A stretch of DNA of 61,422 bases, filler included, from Choristocarpus tenellus KU-1152 (Eukaryota; Protista; Phaeophyceae), in assembly GCA_964200185.2 (NCBI GenBank). It is 14 parts of 14 records of this genome, joined end to end, with 100 filler letters (N's around TTAATTAATTAA, not from the genome) between each part and the next. Parts side by side here need not be neighbours in the genome. Positions count along the whole stretch, not along the records: positions 1 to 8,724 come from CAXNAD020004403.1; positions 8,825 to 12,586 come from CAXNAD020018083.1; 12 more parts are not named here. The stretch is one strand, 5' to 3'. The position numbers and the translations under genes are program-made. The notes beneath the pieces were generated by a model, which saw only the letters and a list, made by a program, of their open reading frames with translations, did not search any database and was not told where the DNA came from. Of the stretch, positions 1-12,403 are shown piece by piece. The stretch's first letter is position 1, and every line of letters starts with the position of its first letter.

Positions 1-658
1 AAAAAAAAGTTTTTTGCCCAAAACAGCCCCCCCCCCCCAACCCCCCCCCCCCTCCCCCCCCCCCCCCCAGATACTTTGACCCATATACTAAAAAAAAATC
101 ACCGTCTTTTTGTCAACCAAACAATAGCGCGCTACAATGGAGAGATGCGTGCAGTGCAATCAGTCAGTCTCGCCCCATTTGCCCCAAGGGGACAATTGAG
201 ACTTCCACCCACCAAACACAAGGGTAGAAAATGTACAGCGCTATCGTTCTTCTCATGCAATCCCAATGCGTCACAATCAAGCAACCTCACATGGCTATTT
301 ACCCCTTGCAACCGACACTTGTCTACATTAGTTCACGCCATACAACACCACGGAGTACATCAAAACATCAAGCAATTCTACTCTGAGGGCTAATACTCTC
401 TCTTCAATGCAGTCTGACACCTTGGACATTTTTTTTTTGCTGAAACAGGACATGCCCCATTCATGATTGGACTGGGGAATGCACTGCTTCACTGGAGACA
501 CCTGCGAGACGCAGCTCTTGGGCTTGTGGGGGCACAAATTGTCCATTTGCTGTCGCTTCTAATCTTCGAGGACAAGGCCACTTCAGTTTGCTGATTGCAC
601 AAACAAAAGCATGCTCGCACCTTGCTCTATAAAAGAATCAAACAGGGGGTTTAATCAC

Positions 659-2879
659 CTGCATCAGGGGGTTCACAGCTGCTTCGCGGGAAGCTGTTCC
701 TATTCGTAGATCAGCCTGTGTTTGCATAGGAGTANNNNNNNNNNGATGGGTAATTGGGAAGGCGTGTGTTGACTGTGGATCAGATCGTATATTTGAGGCG
801 GGATGCAGTAGGAGTAGATAGGTATCACTCACTAAAAACACGGGTGAGATGCTCAAACAAAATACAGACATTGCACAATCAAGAGCAAACCTGTGTGGAG
901 TATGAGAGGCGTTGTACATACACCATGCCACAAGAAAAAAAAAAAGGTACTCTGAATGAATGCAAGAGAGATGAAAACAATAAATCGGGGACCGCGGTGG
1001 AAGTTCTTTCGTGCCGCCGCAATAATTAATCCGAAGAATGCAAGTTTTGATTGATTACAACACCAAACCCGCTTCAAAACAAATTTCAAACGGTAAAACA
1101 AAAAGAAGCAAGATGAATCAAAGCGAGTATCGTACGTAATGTCAACGCTTCGTAACTGAAGCGTGTAGCCCGGTGGGCTGCTGACTAAACCAAAAAAATG
1201 GTATAAACCAAAAAAAGTTCTGGAATCCCACCATGTACGAAATGGGATAATGCTATGCACTTGCCCCAAACGGTACGGCATGATATCGTGCCGCCCAATG
1301 AACCTGAACCCTGTATAAAACGCTTTCGATCGTGCTGTCCCGACAAGTTGTGAGAAAAAAAAGGCGATTAATTCATGTTACTCAGTACCAACGGTACGGG
1401 TTCTGATTGCAAATATACATATATATATATACCCTAAAGTTTCAGGTAACACGAAACTCGAAGAAATAGATAGGGAGCAGACACACGTCTGCATGCAGCT
1501 CTAAGTTATTTTGCTCTTGTGGGTCTTGTGTGTGCATATTATTTCTTTAATATCAATAGTGCTCTACAATTCAGCCATTTCAGACAACGCAGTAGCCCTT
1601 ATAATGTGTGCAATGCATGAAGCAAGGACAAACGTCACTGAAAACAAAAATAATTTACAGATTGACCCATGACCTCGAATCATTGCGTACCTCGGAGGAA
1701 AGCTCCCTGATGCCTTTGGTCATGGACATAAGGCAAGGAATCAGCCACGAGGAATGTTCGTTTCTTCGCCCAAACAGTTTGGCAAGGAAATCCCTGAGGG
1801 TTGGGTTGTTGGGGGAATCCAGGCGATCAACCAAGGAGTAAGTTCGAAGGCAAGGATTGAGTAATGATAGATTGTTCATGATGTTGTACTTCTCCATGCA
1901 ACGTACTCCACTCTCTGAATGCTCCAAAGTACTAAATGGTGTATGGACTCTCAGATTTAATACTTAATACAATAAACGAGGGGGCACTCACTCATAAGCC
2001 ATTTTGTACAGCAAAAATGCCTCCCTGTGCTTGCCATCGCAGGCTTCTTTTAAGGACAGGATCGCTGTAGCTGCGATACCATCAAGTCCAGACACATCAG
2101 AGGTGGTTGGAAAGCTTGCTCGGGCACAAGCTTGTTCGACTTCATCCTGACGATGAGGACATATGGTGGAAAATAAAGAGTGTTTGAGCTAGTTAGTCGT
2201 GGTTAGTGCATTGGAGATACGCGAATGAGAAAGGCTATGCTGGTGGTTGAGTCGATCTTGTATGATCCCAGGGTCAATGCGATTGAATTGAGGCCAACCT
2301 GTGTCCAGTTACTTCAGCATGCTATGGTGATTGGAACGGAAGTGCTCGCATTGGAAAAACTTCTCAACACAGCGTCAGGATTCATAAAGGAGCTTAGAGT
2401 AGATTACAACGACCTTCCTCAACAACATCAATGTGTGTCTTAGTATTCTATGCTTCATTTTGTCCCTACAATCCCATTCGACATTGCACAAGATATACCC
2501 CAAAATAAATGTAGTGTCAACCTGTAGTTCTTCCTTCAGCATTAAGCCTCAATACATAGAATTTACTCCCAAAATTCTTCTCAGCACGTTTGTGATGCTC
2601 TAACCTGGTCTTGTTAGTAGGGTTATCAAACGAATCGATATAACTTTGTTATCTTACATCTGTCAAATCTTCGAGGAGCAACTCCTTGCCCCAGGGCACC
2701 TCTGTTGGGTCGGCGCTGAGGCATAGTCCAAGTCCATCACCATTGTTCGCTGCAACCACTCTTTCCAGATGACCTATATATTCTGCTCAGGAAGAGGTAC
2801 ATAGATGAAGGGGTGGTCACAACACGTCCAAACCAACATTAACAAGGGAATAAGGGAAAGACAACTTCTTACCATCCAT
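659..2879 (-). CDS. PCI-domain protein 2 (PCID2/Thp1/CSN12-like), 5' part; exons 2879-2873, 2782-2658, 2146-1992, 1793-1691, 715-659
   Basis: Five GT-AG exons join in frame: MDEYIGHLERVVAANNGDGLGLCLS...DEVEQAC...EAFLLYKMAYEDFLAKLF...SSWLIPCLMSMTKGIRELSSEADLRIGTASREAAVNPLMQ. This resembles the PCID2 N-terminus (Y..V..A...DG..L..LS; W..P.M.....LR....AD). Family call is from recalled similarity. Confidence 0.55.
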
Positions 2880-3553
2880 CGCCGCCAGAGCCAGTCGTTG
2901 GTGGAACTTTCAGTGATAGTTCCAAGTAGAAGAGAATTTATGAGCACATGAGATATTCAAGGGGAACGATTCAAAGTTACCCTTACCTTGCCCATACTCT
3001 TCCTCTAATGTGGATATTCAAATCCATGAGGTACGTGTATTAAGTGCAAGGCGTTTATTAGTAGTGAAATTTGAAATGGGAGTGGTACAGCACATTATTT
3101 TATTATTATTATTGTACAGTACATAGAAAATACATTTACATAGTAAGTATTGTACCGAGATTTTGATCATATTGATAGACAAGAATAAAAATATCAGAAA
3201 AAGAACAATGGCTTATTTTCTATTTTGTTATTATGCCTTTTGACATTTTTGAGATATCGCTTACTATCTATCATACATACTACATTCCACCAACTGATCA
3301 TACCTAAAATAGCGAGTGTTATACATTCCATTCCTCGGTCACACTTTCGCACTCACGGCCTCCCAGAAGGTGGTGCTGTTCAATTTGTCTCTACGGCAGT
3401 TCTGTAGACATTTATCGTTGTGTCCAAGGCAATATATAGTGTACAGGTGTACAGGGTGCTGGAAGTACGCTGAGTTGTATCGTAAGGAGGGAAGGAGTCG
3501 AAAGCATCGTTAACAAATCTATCCGAGTAATCCCTTCGTTAGCTGATCCTGAC

Positions 3554-6500
3554 ATGGGTGAAATATCCAATGTCGAAGTGAAAGAGTCGAAATCGTCTCC
3601 GTCAGTGGTGGCGAATGTTGGTGCCACAGTGAATGCCTTGCTTTCGTGCTGCCTCCTCACATTTTGCTCCGTCTCCATGGTTCTGGCTAACAAGGTGAGG
3701 GGTTAATGATCAACATCCCTGTCTTTGGACACTGTGCAGTACAAGCAGCTTACTCGTTGTACCCTATTCCAGACTACCCACAGATTTCCTCACGATCCAC
3801 AAAATTCTCGTGTGTATTTGGACAATCAAGGTAGCCCATCTCATGCCATCCATGGAAAAATGACTAGTTAACCGGTTTAAATCATGATTTACACCCAGAA
3901 TGCAGGGGGGGGCCTTTTTATCAAGAGATAACGTCCACCAAACTATACTTTGCACCTATATAATTGGCGCAGCTTACCAATGCGTTACAAGGCAGCAACA
4001 AAGAAAGAAGAATACTACAGATAGAGCCGAGAGCCACACTTTATGCACTGAAGAAGCAATGGAGAACATGGGGTCAAGAATTTGGAAGGGGAAGAAAGTT
4101 CTGTGGTTAAGAACATGGAATAGATGACCCGTTGACCTGCGTTAAACACTCTACTGAACTATACCAAACTCATCTTGCTTGAAAGTGGAGGCAATTGAAC
4201 AGGAGGACTTTGACGTAGCAAATTTGTGTGCAGTTGCAGATTAATTTGTAGATTCAACGTGCGCATTATATTTGTGCCAAGTATGATTTTACAGGACATT
4301 CCGCAAGCCATTTCATAGACTAAGATCATTCATGTCCCTGGGAGTTGCTGGGTATTGTATGGAGTAGACTACAATTGCAGCTTTTGCCACTGTTAGCCAT
4401 TAATTGTCCTTTTGTGGAGTATGTTGATGTGATCTCATTTTCAATCTTTGACACAAGGTGAAGTGTGTAGTTAGGTGTATTCAATGCCTTACGTGCAAGA
4501 CATCGAAAGTCTCATGGCATCAAGATTGTTGTCTCTCCAGCAAGCACAAATACTGGCCAGCATCCATGGCATGCGGATACAGGGAGCATTATGGCCGGGA
4601 GCATCATAGATGTGATCCACATTCACCTGTGTGATTATTATTTTCTCCTTATCCATGTAACACCTGCTGCAAAGAAAGAGGGCTGAGCATTCCCCCCACT
4701 ATCCCATGTGCTCCTTACGAATATCCATTCATGACCGACAGGGACTGTCAGGATCTTTCGAGGTGAACCTAAAGGTCCTTCTGGTAGGGTTTCAGGTGAG
4801 GTGGAGCAGCAAAGGGGTCGGTCCAAGCTGCATGTGTGGACCTATCTCTTAGGTGCGCTTGATACTCTTACCCACTTTCCCAGCCTTACCCTGCACGTAT
4901 AACGATTGGCTCCATAGAGAGTGGTATTTCAATGATTGCACATCATTAATAAAGGCTGATAATTGCACTTGTCGCAGCATTAATTTAGGTCTGGTGTGAA
5001 ACCGCTTGTCAGCACATCACCCAGTATAAATCCGATAAACTATGTACACGCTTTTATTTTCCTTGCGCATGTTTGTTGGGCGAGGGTGACCCCTTCTTCC
5101 TCAGGTCAAGGTCTAGCTCGTCTGTCACCCCTCCTGTCTATGGTTTACAATTAGTTTGCCGGTTTTACAATGACCCCCCCCCTTCAATCACCCCACTGCT
5201 GCCAAAAATGAATATGTGAAAAATGTCAGTGTTTAATTGCTGCTCTACTGGTGGAAAGTTCGAGGCGGTTAGGTCTGGTTGCCTATGAGCCCTTCCAGTG
5301 GAAAATGGCGATTAGGTGGCTGCCGATAGTGAGCTTGTTCTGTGCAATGCTATTCACATCCTTCATGGCCCTGGGCAGCCTGAGCGTGCCAATGGTGAGG
5401 GGAAAGTGCATGTGTGACAAAACCACCCGTCACTGTTTGAACGCTGTGTCTGTTTCATATGGGTCTGTGGATGATGGCTACCCAGCAGCAGTTTTTGTTG
5501 TCCCACGTCCCTGATACACGAGTGTCATCTCCTTCATGAGTCACTATGCTACTCTTTGGACTATGGTTTCCTCCTGTTAGAATAGTTTGGTTTGCACTAG
5601 ATGAACGCTAGAACTGAACCACACTACGAAAGAATCAGTCCTTAGGTTTGAGATGCTAAAATAAAAAGTCCTCGAACAGTGACCTTCTGTTCATGGTTCA
5701 GACAACCCCAGGCGGAAAAGATGAACCTCAAGGCCATTCAGCACATGTTGGAGCGGCAATGAATCAGTGCTCGGTCACAGCAGTACCAGTCTTTCATCTC
5801 CTGGCAGGCACCTCCAAACTAAACTGCCCTCGCTGTGTGTAACCCCTTCCCCCCCCCCCACTCCGATCTCACCCTTTTGATACTTCGAGGTCACTGCCTT
5901 AAAAAGCTTGACTAATGTACTCATAGCGGTGGGTGACTGGCACTTCAACCAACAACCCATTTCGTTGCTTATCACGGTGAGCATTGCCATCATGGTCGGT
6001 GGAGCGTTCTTTGCGGCAAAGAACGATATTTCCTTCAGGTGACCGATCTCTCTTTCTCTCTCTCTCTCTCTTCTCTTTTATGTTTGTTGCGCACACACTT
6101 TCTTTCCCCTCCTTGGGAAGTGTGTCCCATCATATATATATATATGTATATTGATGACTGAAACCGCCGGCCTGTGCTGAGCTCTCTTCCCACCCCCAAA
6201 ATCCCATCTGTCATCGAATACTGGCATACGCCTGTGTCCTCTCCTTCAAACCTACACGATCTGTTGTCCGAAGTGTGGCGGGCTACCTGTGGATGGGTTC
6301 CAATATATTGATCACGGCAACATATGTTCTGTCTCTAAAGGCGGCTACCACGTACATCAGCCTTCCAAAGTTTGGCATGGTGTTCTACAACAATGTTCTC
6401 GGTGAGTGTAGTTTACAGTATTGGAGTTCTCCGCACACACCCCCTCTCCCCTCCCCTTCCCATCATCTACCCGCAAATGATTTTTATCCTTGCTCCTCCA

Positions 6501-7819
6501 CTACAACATGCCAGGATGATCGCTCCCTGGACATTGGGAGAGGTCAGGCATTAACTCTGATTTTGGCGTTCTGGACATGCCAGTGTTAGCAATAAGCCCT
6601 GAAAATATATATATGTTTTTGTTCTCACTGGGAGTTGGTATGATTTGTATGGCGTGCACTTCGGACAACAATAACATTAAAAATGTGTGTAGTATAACAT
6701 TTGCACCTTCTGTGGATTGCTCTCCATCCTCCTCTCCCTCTCCTGCGTGTGAGGAATATAGATAGATCAGAGCGTACGATCCAGGAAGGCGATAGGAAGA
6801 TTGATTCCTCAGTCATGTAGTCACGTGGTGCTGTACTGGGCCGCAGGAAGTGAAGCTGGTGCGGTGATCGTTTCTGTCCTTGGACCCTATTCGGAAGGTT
6901 CTTTGTGAAGAGTATGTTGTGTTTGCATGTGATTGTGTTGGGCCTGTCTATCTCATATACATAAATAAATATATATATATACATATAATTTTTTTTAACA
7001 TTCTTTGCGTTGAGAAACGCGAACATGTATACCGATCTCCGTTCCCTCCCACCGCCTGCTGGTTTGTAGAGACCTGCATTCTTCTTGTCCATTTAAGTTC
7101 CTCGTTTTTCTAGAGCCCGCTTGCATTTCTACTCCGCTCTTGCCCTTCTGTTCTAGATCGAAGGTCTTGCTATGCACTGCCTTCAGCACAATATAAAACA
7201 CTACTAGAGGAGAGGTAGGAGGCACGACGAAGTGGAGGGGTCGGCGGCGGACGATTTTCCTGGGAAATCGTGTGGTCATTTTGGAGTGTGCCAAGAAAAA
7301 CCTACGCTTGTTAATTCGTTATGTATCATTTTTTCTTTTTTCTTTTTCCACGGTAGTAGTAGTAGTAAGAGGTGAAAAAGAGCCTAAGTCTTGATTTTTT
7401 TTTCTTTAGAGTGTTAAAAAAATTTATATACATACATATATATATATACGCGAACACTATAGTGAGACTTCACCTTTGCAACTCAATGTACGAGTATTGT
7501 AGGCAGTCTCTCAAGGAGCACTCTCAAGGAACACACCCTCCCACCGGGATCACCGTCGAGTTTGCTCACAGTGTCACAGGAATAGAATACCGGTCTTCTC
7601 TTTTTTACAGGAAAAAACACACACGCGCACGATGAAAGGGTGATGGCGAAGGACTCGACCTTTCTTTGCACAGCCTAACTAACCCAAACTCTCGATCTTC
7701 CGTGGACGAAGGTGCGTGCATCCTGCTGCCGTTGGCGCTGCTGAGGGGGGAAGTGACAACCTTTTTGGAGAGTGAATCACTGCACACCCCGTCGTATGCG
7801 GTCCTCAATGTCTTTGCCG
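3554..7819 (+). CDS. GDP-mannose / nucleotide-sugar transporter (GONST/Vrg4-like), partial; exons 3554-3694, 5230-5394, 5890-6038, 6274-6401, 7712-7819 (one internal exon and the 3' exons not found)
   Basis: Exon peptides FCSVSMVLANK, WLPIVSLFCAMLFTSFMALGSLSVPM-VTALKSLTNVLIAVGD, KNDISFSVAGYLWM, GMVFYNNVLG and LLRGE match GONST/Vrg4 motifs; splice phases are consistent. Confidence 0.85.
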
Positions 7820-7994
7820 GTGAGTCCTACCTTTTCTAGACGTTGGCACCTTTCGTTGGTACATGACGGGCAACCCCCCCCCAACCTCCACCCCACTCGC
7901 ACGTGCTGTGCCCGGTGCCATTTTGCTACCGGCTGATGGTGTGTGTGTTTGCTTGTTGTTGTGAATAGTTCAGTTTGAAGAATAAAAGCATACA

Positions 7995-8233
7995 TGTATG
8001 TGTGTGTGTGTGTGTGTGTGTGATGTTCTTTGAAGCACATGTAGCAACGCTTTTTATTGCTTATGTGAAGACCTCTTGTGTGTGTGTGTGTGTTTGTGTA
8101 TGTGTGTGTGTGTGTATTTGTGTGTGTGTGTGTGTGTGCATGATGTGTATGGGTGCACGATCAATATAATAGGGTGTGCCTTCATTAACGTAGGGGCGAG
8201 TTTGAAAGGGCCAGAGGATGTGTGTGTGTGTGT
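7995..8233. repeat. (GT)n microsatellite tracts
   Basis: GT runs at about 7995-8022, 8077-8138 and 8219-8234. Confidence 0.9.
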
Positions 8234-8724
8234 GGCAGTAAGACGACTGCAGGAAATTGACGATAAACAAAACATCTAGAAGCAGAGGGCACTATGCACT
8301 CTATTATGGGTGGGAATGAAATACGTGCCTAGCACCTGGGTGGAGGTCATATTTGAATCTTACATTCAAAATCCTGTAAATTTCTACAATCCCCGGTTCT
8401 CCTTTGACCAGACATGCGTTTCATCCACGTAGGGAGGCAAAGTTGACGGATGAAAATATATGATGCCTACTAGGCTGACGCCCGTCTATGCAGGTTTTAT
8501 CTGGCATGATGTTGTGCACATGCGCTCTCGCCTTTTGTGCATGTCCCTCTCCCTCTGTTGAACATGTCCATGGCAATCGATCGCATTTTGATGAGCGATA
8601 TGGTTTTTTTCTCTGAAAGTGTCCAAAAAAAAATTTCCCCCTAGAGTTAGGGCTTGACACGGCAGTAACTGAAACCTGGTAGTTTGTATTGTTTGTGTGT
8701 GTGTATGTTTTTTTTTTTGGGGGG

Positions 8725-8824
8725 NNNNNNNNNNNNNNNNNNNNNNNNNNNNNNNNNNNNNNNNNNNNTTAATTAATTAANNNNNNNNNNNNNNNNNNNN
8801 NNNNNNNNNNNNNNNNNNNNNNNN
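8725..8824. other. Artificial contig spacer N44-TTAATTAATTAA-N44 (first of 13)
   Basis: Same 100-nt spacer at 12587, 16041, 18647, 23624, 32624, 35414, 38162, 42883, 48048, 51307, 55139 and 57888; the 12-mer gives stops in all six frames. Confidence 0.98.
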
Positions 8825-9248
8825 GGGTCAAGCCCATCCTCAATGAAAAGCTCCATCCTCAATTTTTGAAATCGGCTGTTCTTTGCATTATCAATCCTAC
8901 ACATGCAACCAATGTCGAATAACCTAGTGTTATCCTTACGTTATTTGTGCTGACACAAGTATATAACATAGGTTATACGCGTACGTTTATAATTGGTTAG
9001 GTATGATACAAAGTACGTACGTATATAAAATATAATACGTCAGCATTCATTCACACGTCAGAGATGATGGATGGTTGACGGCAATTAATATAATTCAGTG
9101 TGTGCCTTACCATGTAATTCAACTGCTAGCTTCCGGCGACAAGCCTTACATGCGCCAAGCTTCTCAACATGCTTAAGTGCCTAATCCAAACTCTAGCTAG
9201 GGGAGGCACAGCCGGACTGGTTTGTTTTGAATTGGTACTGCATCACTC

Positions 9249-9869
9249 ATGGCCTCAGATGGGACCCACACCAAACTCCTTCAGTTTTCGGATGACAATT
9301 ATGCAGACTGGTTTGCTACAACGCGTGCATTTTGGGGGGGGAAGGGGGATATTGATGAGGCATTGCAGTATAGGAGGGAACCCATCAGAGTGGGTGACAT
9401 CGAATTCATTAAGGGCGAAGATGTCAGTGAAGAAGAAGTCCCCCAGGCCAAGAAGGCTTATGACGTCCTGCTGAGGAGCACCAGTGGGATTTACCGGCGT
9501 ATAGTCCGGAATGCTGACTCACCTCCAGGAGCCTGGAAGCAACTACGTGAACACTTCCTTATTCAGTCAGATGAGGAAATAGCCAGACTCCAAAGGAAAG
9601 TTATGACGGTCAACATGCCTAGGGGATCAGATCCCCAAATCACTTTCACGATGATGCTGGACTGGGTTGGCCAGATGGCGATGATGGGGCATGTTATGTC
9701 CGAGCAGGTCCTAGAAATCGCTGTGTTAGACTGTTTGGATGACGACTACCAGATCGCCAAATACTATCTCCAGCAACATAACAAAAGTGGGCGTTTGAGA
9801 GATACGACACAACAAGCTTCTCATTCGCGCTACTTCTCACTCCAACGGGAAGCAGCTGATCGCGGGTAG
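9249..9869 (+). pseudogene. gag: Copia gag (UBN2/Retrotran_gag_2-like), truncated by an inversion
   Basis: 206-aa ORF right after the 5' LTR, with AWKQLREHF...LDCLDDDYQ typical of Copia Gag. Confidence 0.8.
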
Positions 9870-10549
9870 CCGATGTTATCCCAGGGTGTGTACAATGACC
9901 GGTCGTACCTTGGTTTCCTTCCCGGTTAACCTTTTGTGGGTTCTGGGCGGAAAGAGCGCTCCCTGGCTCCACATGATCAGCTGCTTCCCGTTGGAGTGAG
10001 AAGTAGCGTGAACGAGCAGCTTGTTGTATCGTAGCTCTTGAACGCTCACTTTTGTTATGGTGCTGGAGATAGTGTTTGGTGATCTGGTAGTCGTCATCCA
10101 AACACTAGAGGACACATCGTATCTATTCTCAGACCAAGAGCTGGGGGGTGTTGAGAATAGTATCTCCTGGACTGATCGAGAGGACAAGGGGAATATGAGA
10201 GAGATGTTTATTGTTATGGAGGAAGGCGTGGCAGCTGATGCTGCTCATGCTACAAGACCGAGCCTTACATATATTTATTGCACCGGGGTCTCCGAGTGCA
10301 GGGTGAAGCGCCCTTGATGCGGTGTTCATGCCTAAGACACGCCAGGAGGCTAGGCGTATACGCCAGGAACTAGACCGCCTAACCATTGATGACAGGAAGT
10401 GTAGACCGGATGCTGAGGTCACCAATATGCAAGCTTCTTTCATTTGTGTGCTCTTTTATTTTGTAAGATTTCAATTGTTTGATATTGTTTGTCTGTTTCC
10501 ATAGAGACTACCCTTGTGATGTATGCGAGTGATGATTCTATTAGACTAT

Positions 10550-12015
10550 TAGCGAATGAACTCCCTCCAGAACCCAAGACTGTAAGAGCAGCACGTAGCT
10601 CTCCTGAATGTGATTTATGGGATCGAGCTAGAGCAGAAGAGATGTCTGGTTGTTGAATAATGTTTGGGTGGAGGCCGTATTACCCCCTGGACGCAGGGCA
10701 ATAGACACTAAATGGATTCACAAGGGTAAGACTAACAAATTTAGTGAGGTAGTTAGGTAGAAGGCACGATTGGTAGCAAAAGGTTTTCAACAGATTGAGA
10801 GTTTAGATTACCAAGATACCTTTGAACCAACACCGCCCCCTGCATCTTTGAAAATGGTTTTAGCATTAGCTGCAGACAAGGATTGGGAATTGAAGCATTG
10901 GAATGTGAAGCAAGCATTGATACAAGCAGATATTAATGAAGATAATTTTTTGCGTTTATGTGATGGAAGTGGTATATGGTCTGGAAAGATTGTGTGTTTG
11001 ATCAAGGCACTTTATGGCACCAAACAGGCAAGCAGAGAGTTTAATAATCTGTTGGCGCACGTTTTCGAAAAGTGTGGTTTTGAGCAATACAGAGCAGACC
11101 CTTGTGTGTTACGCTATGTAAGAGATGGCATTGTTTGTGCTGTGATAGCCCCCCACGTAGATGATCTTGAGTATTATATGGGTTGTGAGATTTCACGTGA
11201 CAGAACTGCACAGACTGTCACCATCGGTGAGACTAGGTACATTAAGAGTGTAAAAGATTTGGTATGGATAGGGCAAAGAAGAGGCCAGTACCCCATGATC
11301 TCTCAAGGACTCTAGACAAGAGTGAGAATCATCAAAGTGTTGATGAAAATACACCGTACAGAGAGGCAGTTGGTAGTTTGATGTGGGCATCTGTTATGAC
11401 TAGGCTTGACATTGCAAATGCAGTTCGCGAAGTTGCCAAGTACAGTAGCAATCCCAAAGTCACACATTGGCGTGCAGTGAAATGTATCTTAGCATATTTG
11501 AATACGTGTCTCAGTGTTGGATTGAGTTTTGGTGGTTTTAGTACTGAGTGTGAGTTGAGTGCGTATGCTGATGCTAGTTATGCTGGAGACTGGAATGATC
11601 GTAGATCAGTGACTGGAGGAGCAATTACGTTTACAAGAGGAGCAATATCTTGGATGTCAAAGGTGCAAAGAGTTGTAGCTCTGTCTTCCACAGAGAGTGA
11701 ATACATAGCACTTAGTAGTGTGGCACAGGAATTACTTTTCTTGAGAAGTGTTTTTGAGTTTATTCAGCCACAGTTTCCTAGGCGTTGCATTGACTTGTTT
11801 GAGGATAACGATGGTGCATGCAAACTAGTACGAAATGCTATAAGCTCTACTAAAACAAAGCACATTGATGTCCGACATCATTTTTTTAGGGATTTGTCTA
11901 GAAAAGGAGAGATTCGTGTTGTTTTTGTTGGTACGCAAACCAGAGGGCAGATGTCTTGACCAAGAATTTGCCAGTTCGATTTCTTAGACAACGTGTGAAG
12001 TTTTTGAACATGTGA
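10550..12015 (+). pseudogene. pol: Copia reverse transcriptase and RNase H (frameshifts and stops)
   Basis: EPKT, KARLVAKGFQQ, KALYGTKQA, HVDDL, PYREAVGSLMW, YADASYAGD..DRRSVTG, ALSSTESEY, KHIDVRHHF. Confidence 0.95.
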
Positions 12016-12322
12016 TGCAACATGTGTGTTTTATTTTTTTTATTGTTGTGATCGTTTGAGAGTTAATACTTGTTTTCAGCAAGAGAAGGATGTCGAATAA
12101 CCTAGTGTTATTCTTGCGTTATTTGTGCTGACACAAGTATATAATTGGTTGGGTATGATACAAAGTACGTACGTATATAAAATATAATAAGTCAACATTC
12201 ATTCACACGTTAGTGATGATGGATGGTTGACGAGCAATTAATATAATTCAGTGTGTGCTTTACCATGTAATTCAATTGCTAGCTTCTGGTGACGAGCCTT
12301 ACCTGTGCCAAGCTTCTCAACA

Positions 12323-12403
12323 ACCAAATCACCCCAAAAACGCGACATAAAAAAATTGACCCCAAATGGACAGCCGCCACCCCCACCCCAGATACTTTGA
12401 GCC
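12323..12403. mobile_element. MITE-like family A fragment, interrupted by the Copia element
   Basis: Joining 8880-8912 to 12328-12403 gives a sequence matching the reverse complement of 17058-17165 and ending CCCCAGATACTTTGAGCC. Confidence 0.75.

Larger units (their letters stand above)
8913..12322 (+). mobile_element. Ty1/Copia LTR retrotransposon, internally deleted and degenerate
   Basis: LTRs 8913-9169 and 12091-12322 (TG...CA, about 93-94% identical plus a ~26-bp indel); 5-bp TSD ACCAA at 8908-8912 and 12323-12327; PPT AAGAGAAGGA at 12081-12090; gag, RT and RNase H remnants. Confidence 0.96.

Noticed and set aside
1655-1927. Stand-alone 90-aa ORF or transposase fragment
   Set aside because: Better explained as one exon (1793-1691) of the PCID2-like gene plus intron read-through.
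8769-8780. Recurring palindrome TTAATTAATTAA
   Set aside because: Always centred in a 100-nt N spacer; an assembly or concatenation artefact.
9170-9185. Copia primer-binding site
   Set aside because: TGCTTAAGTGCCTA only loosely resembles known Met-tRNA PBS types and cannot be supported.
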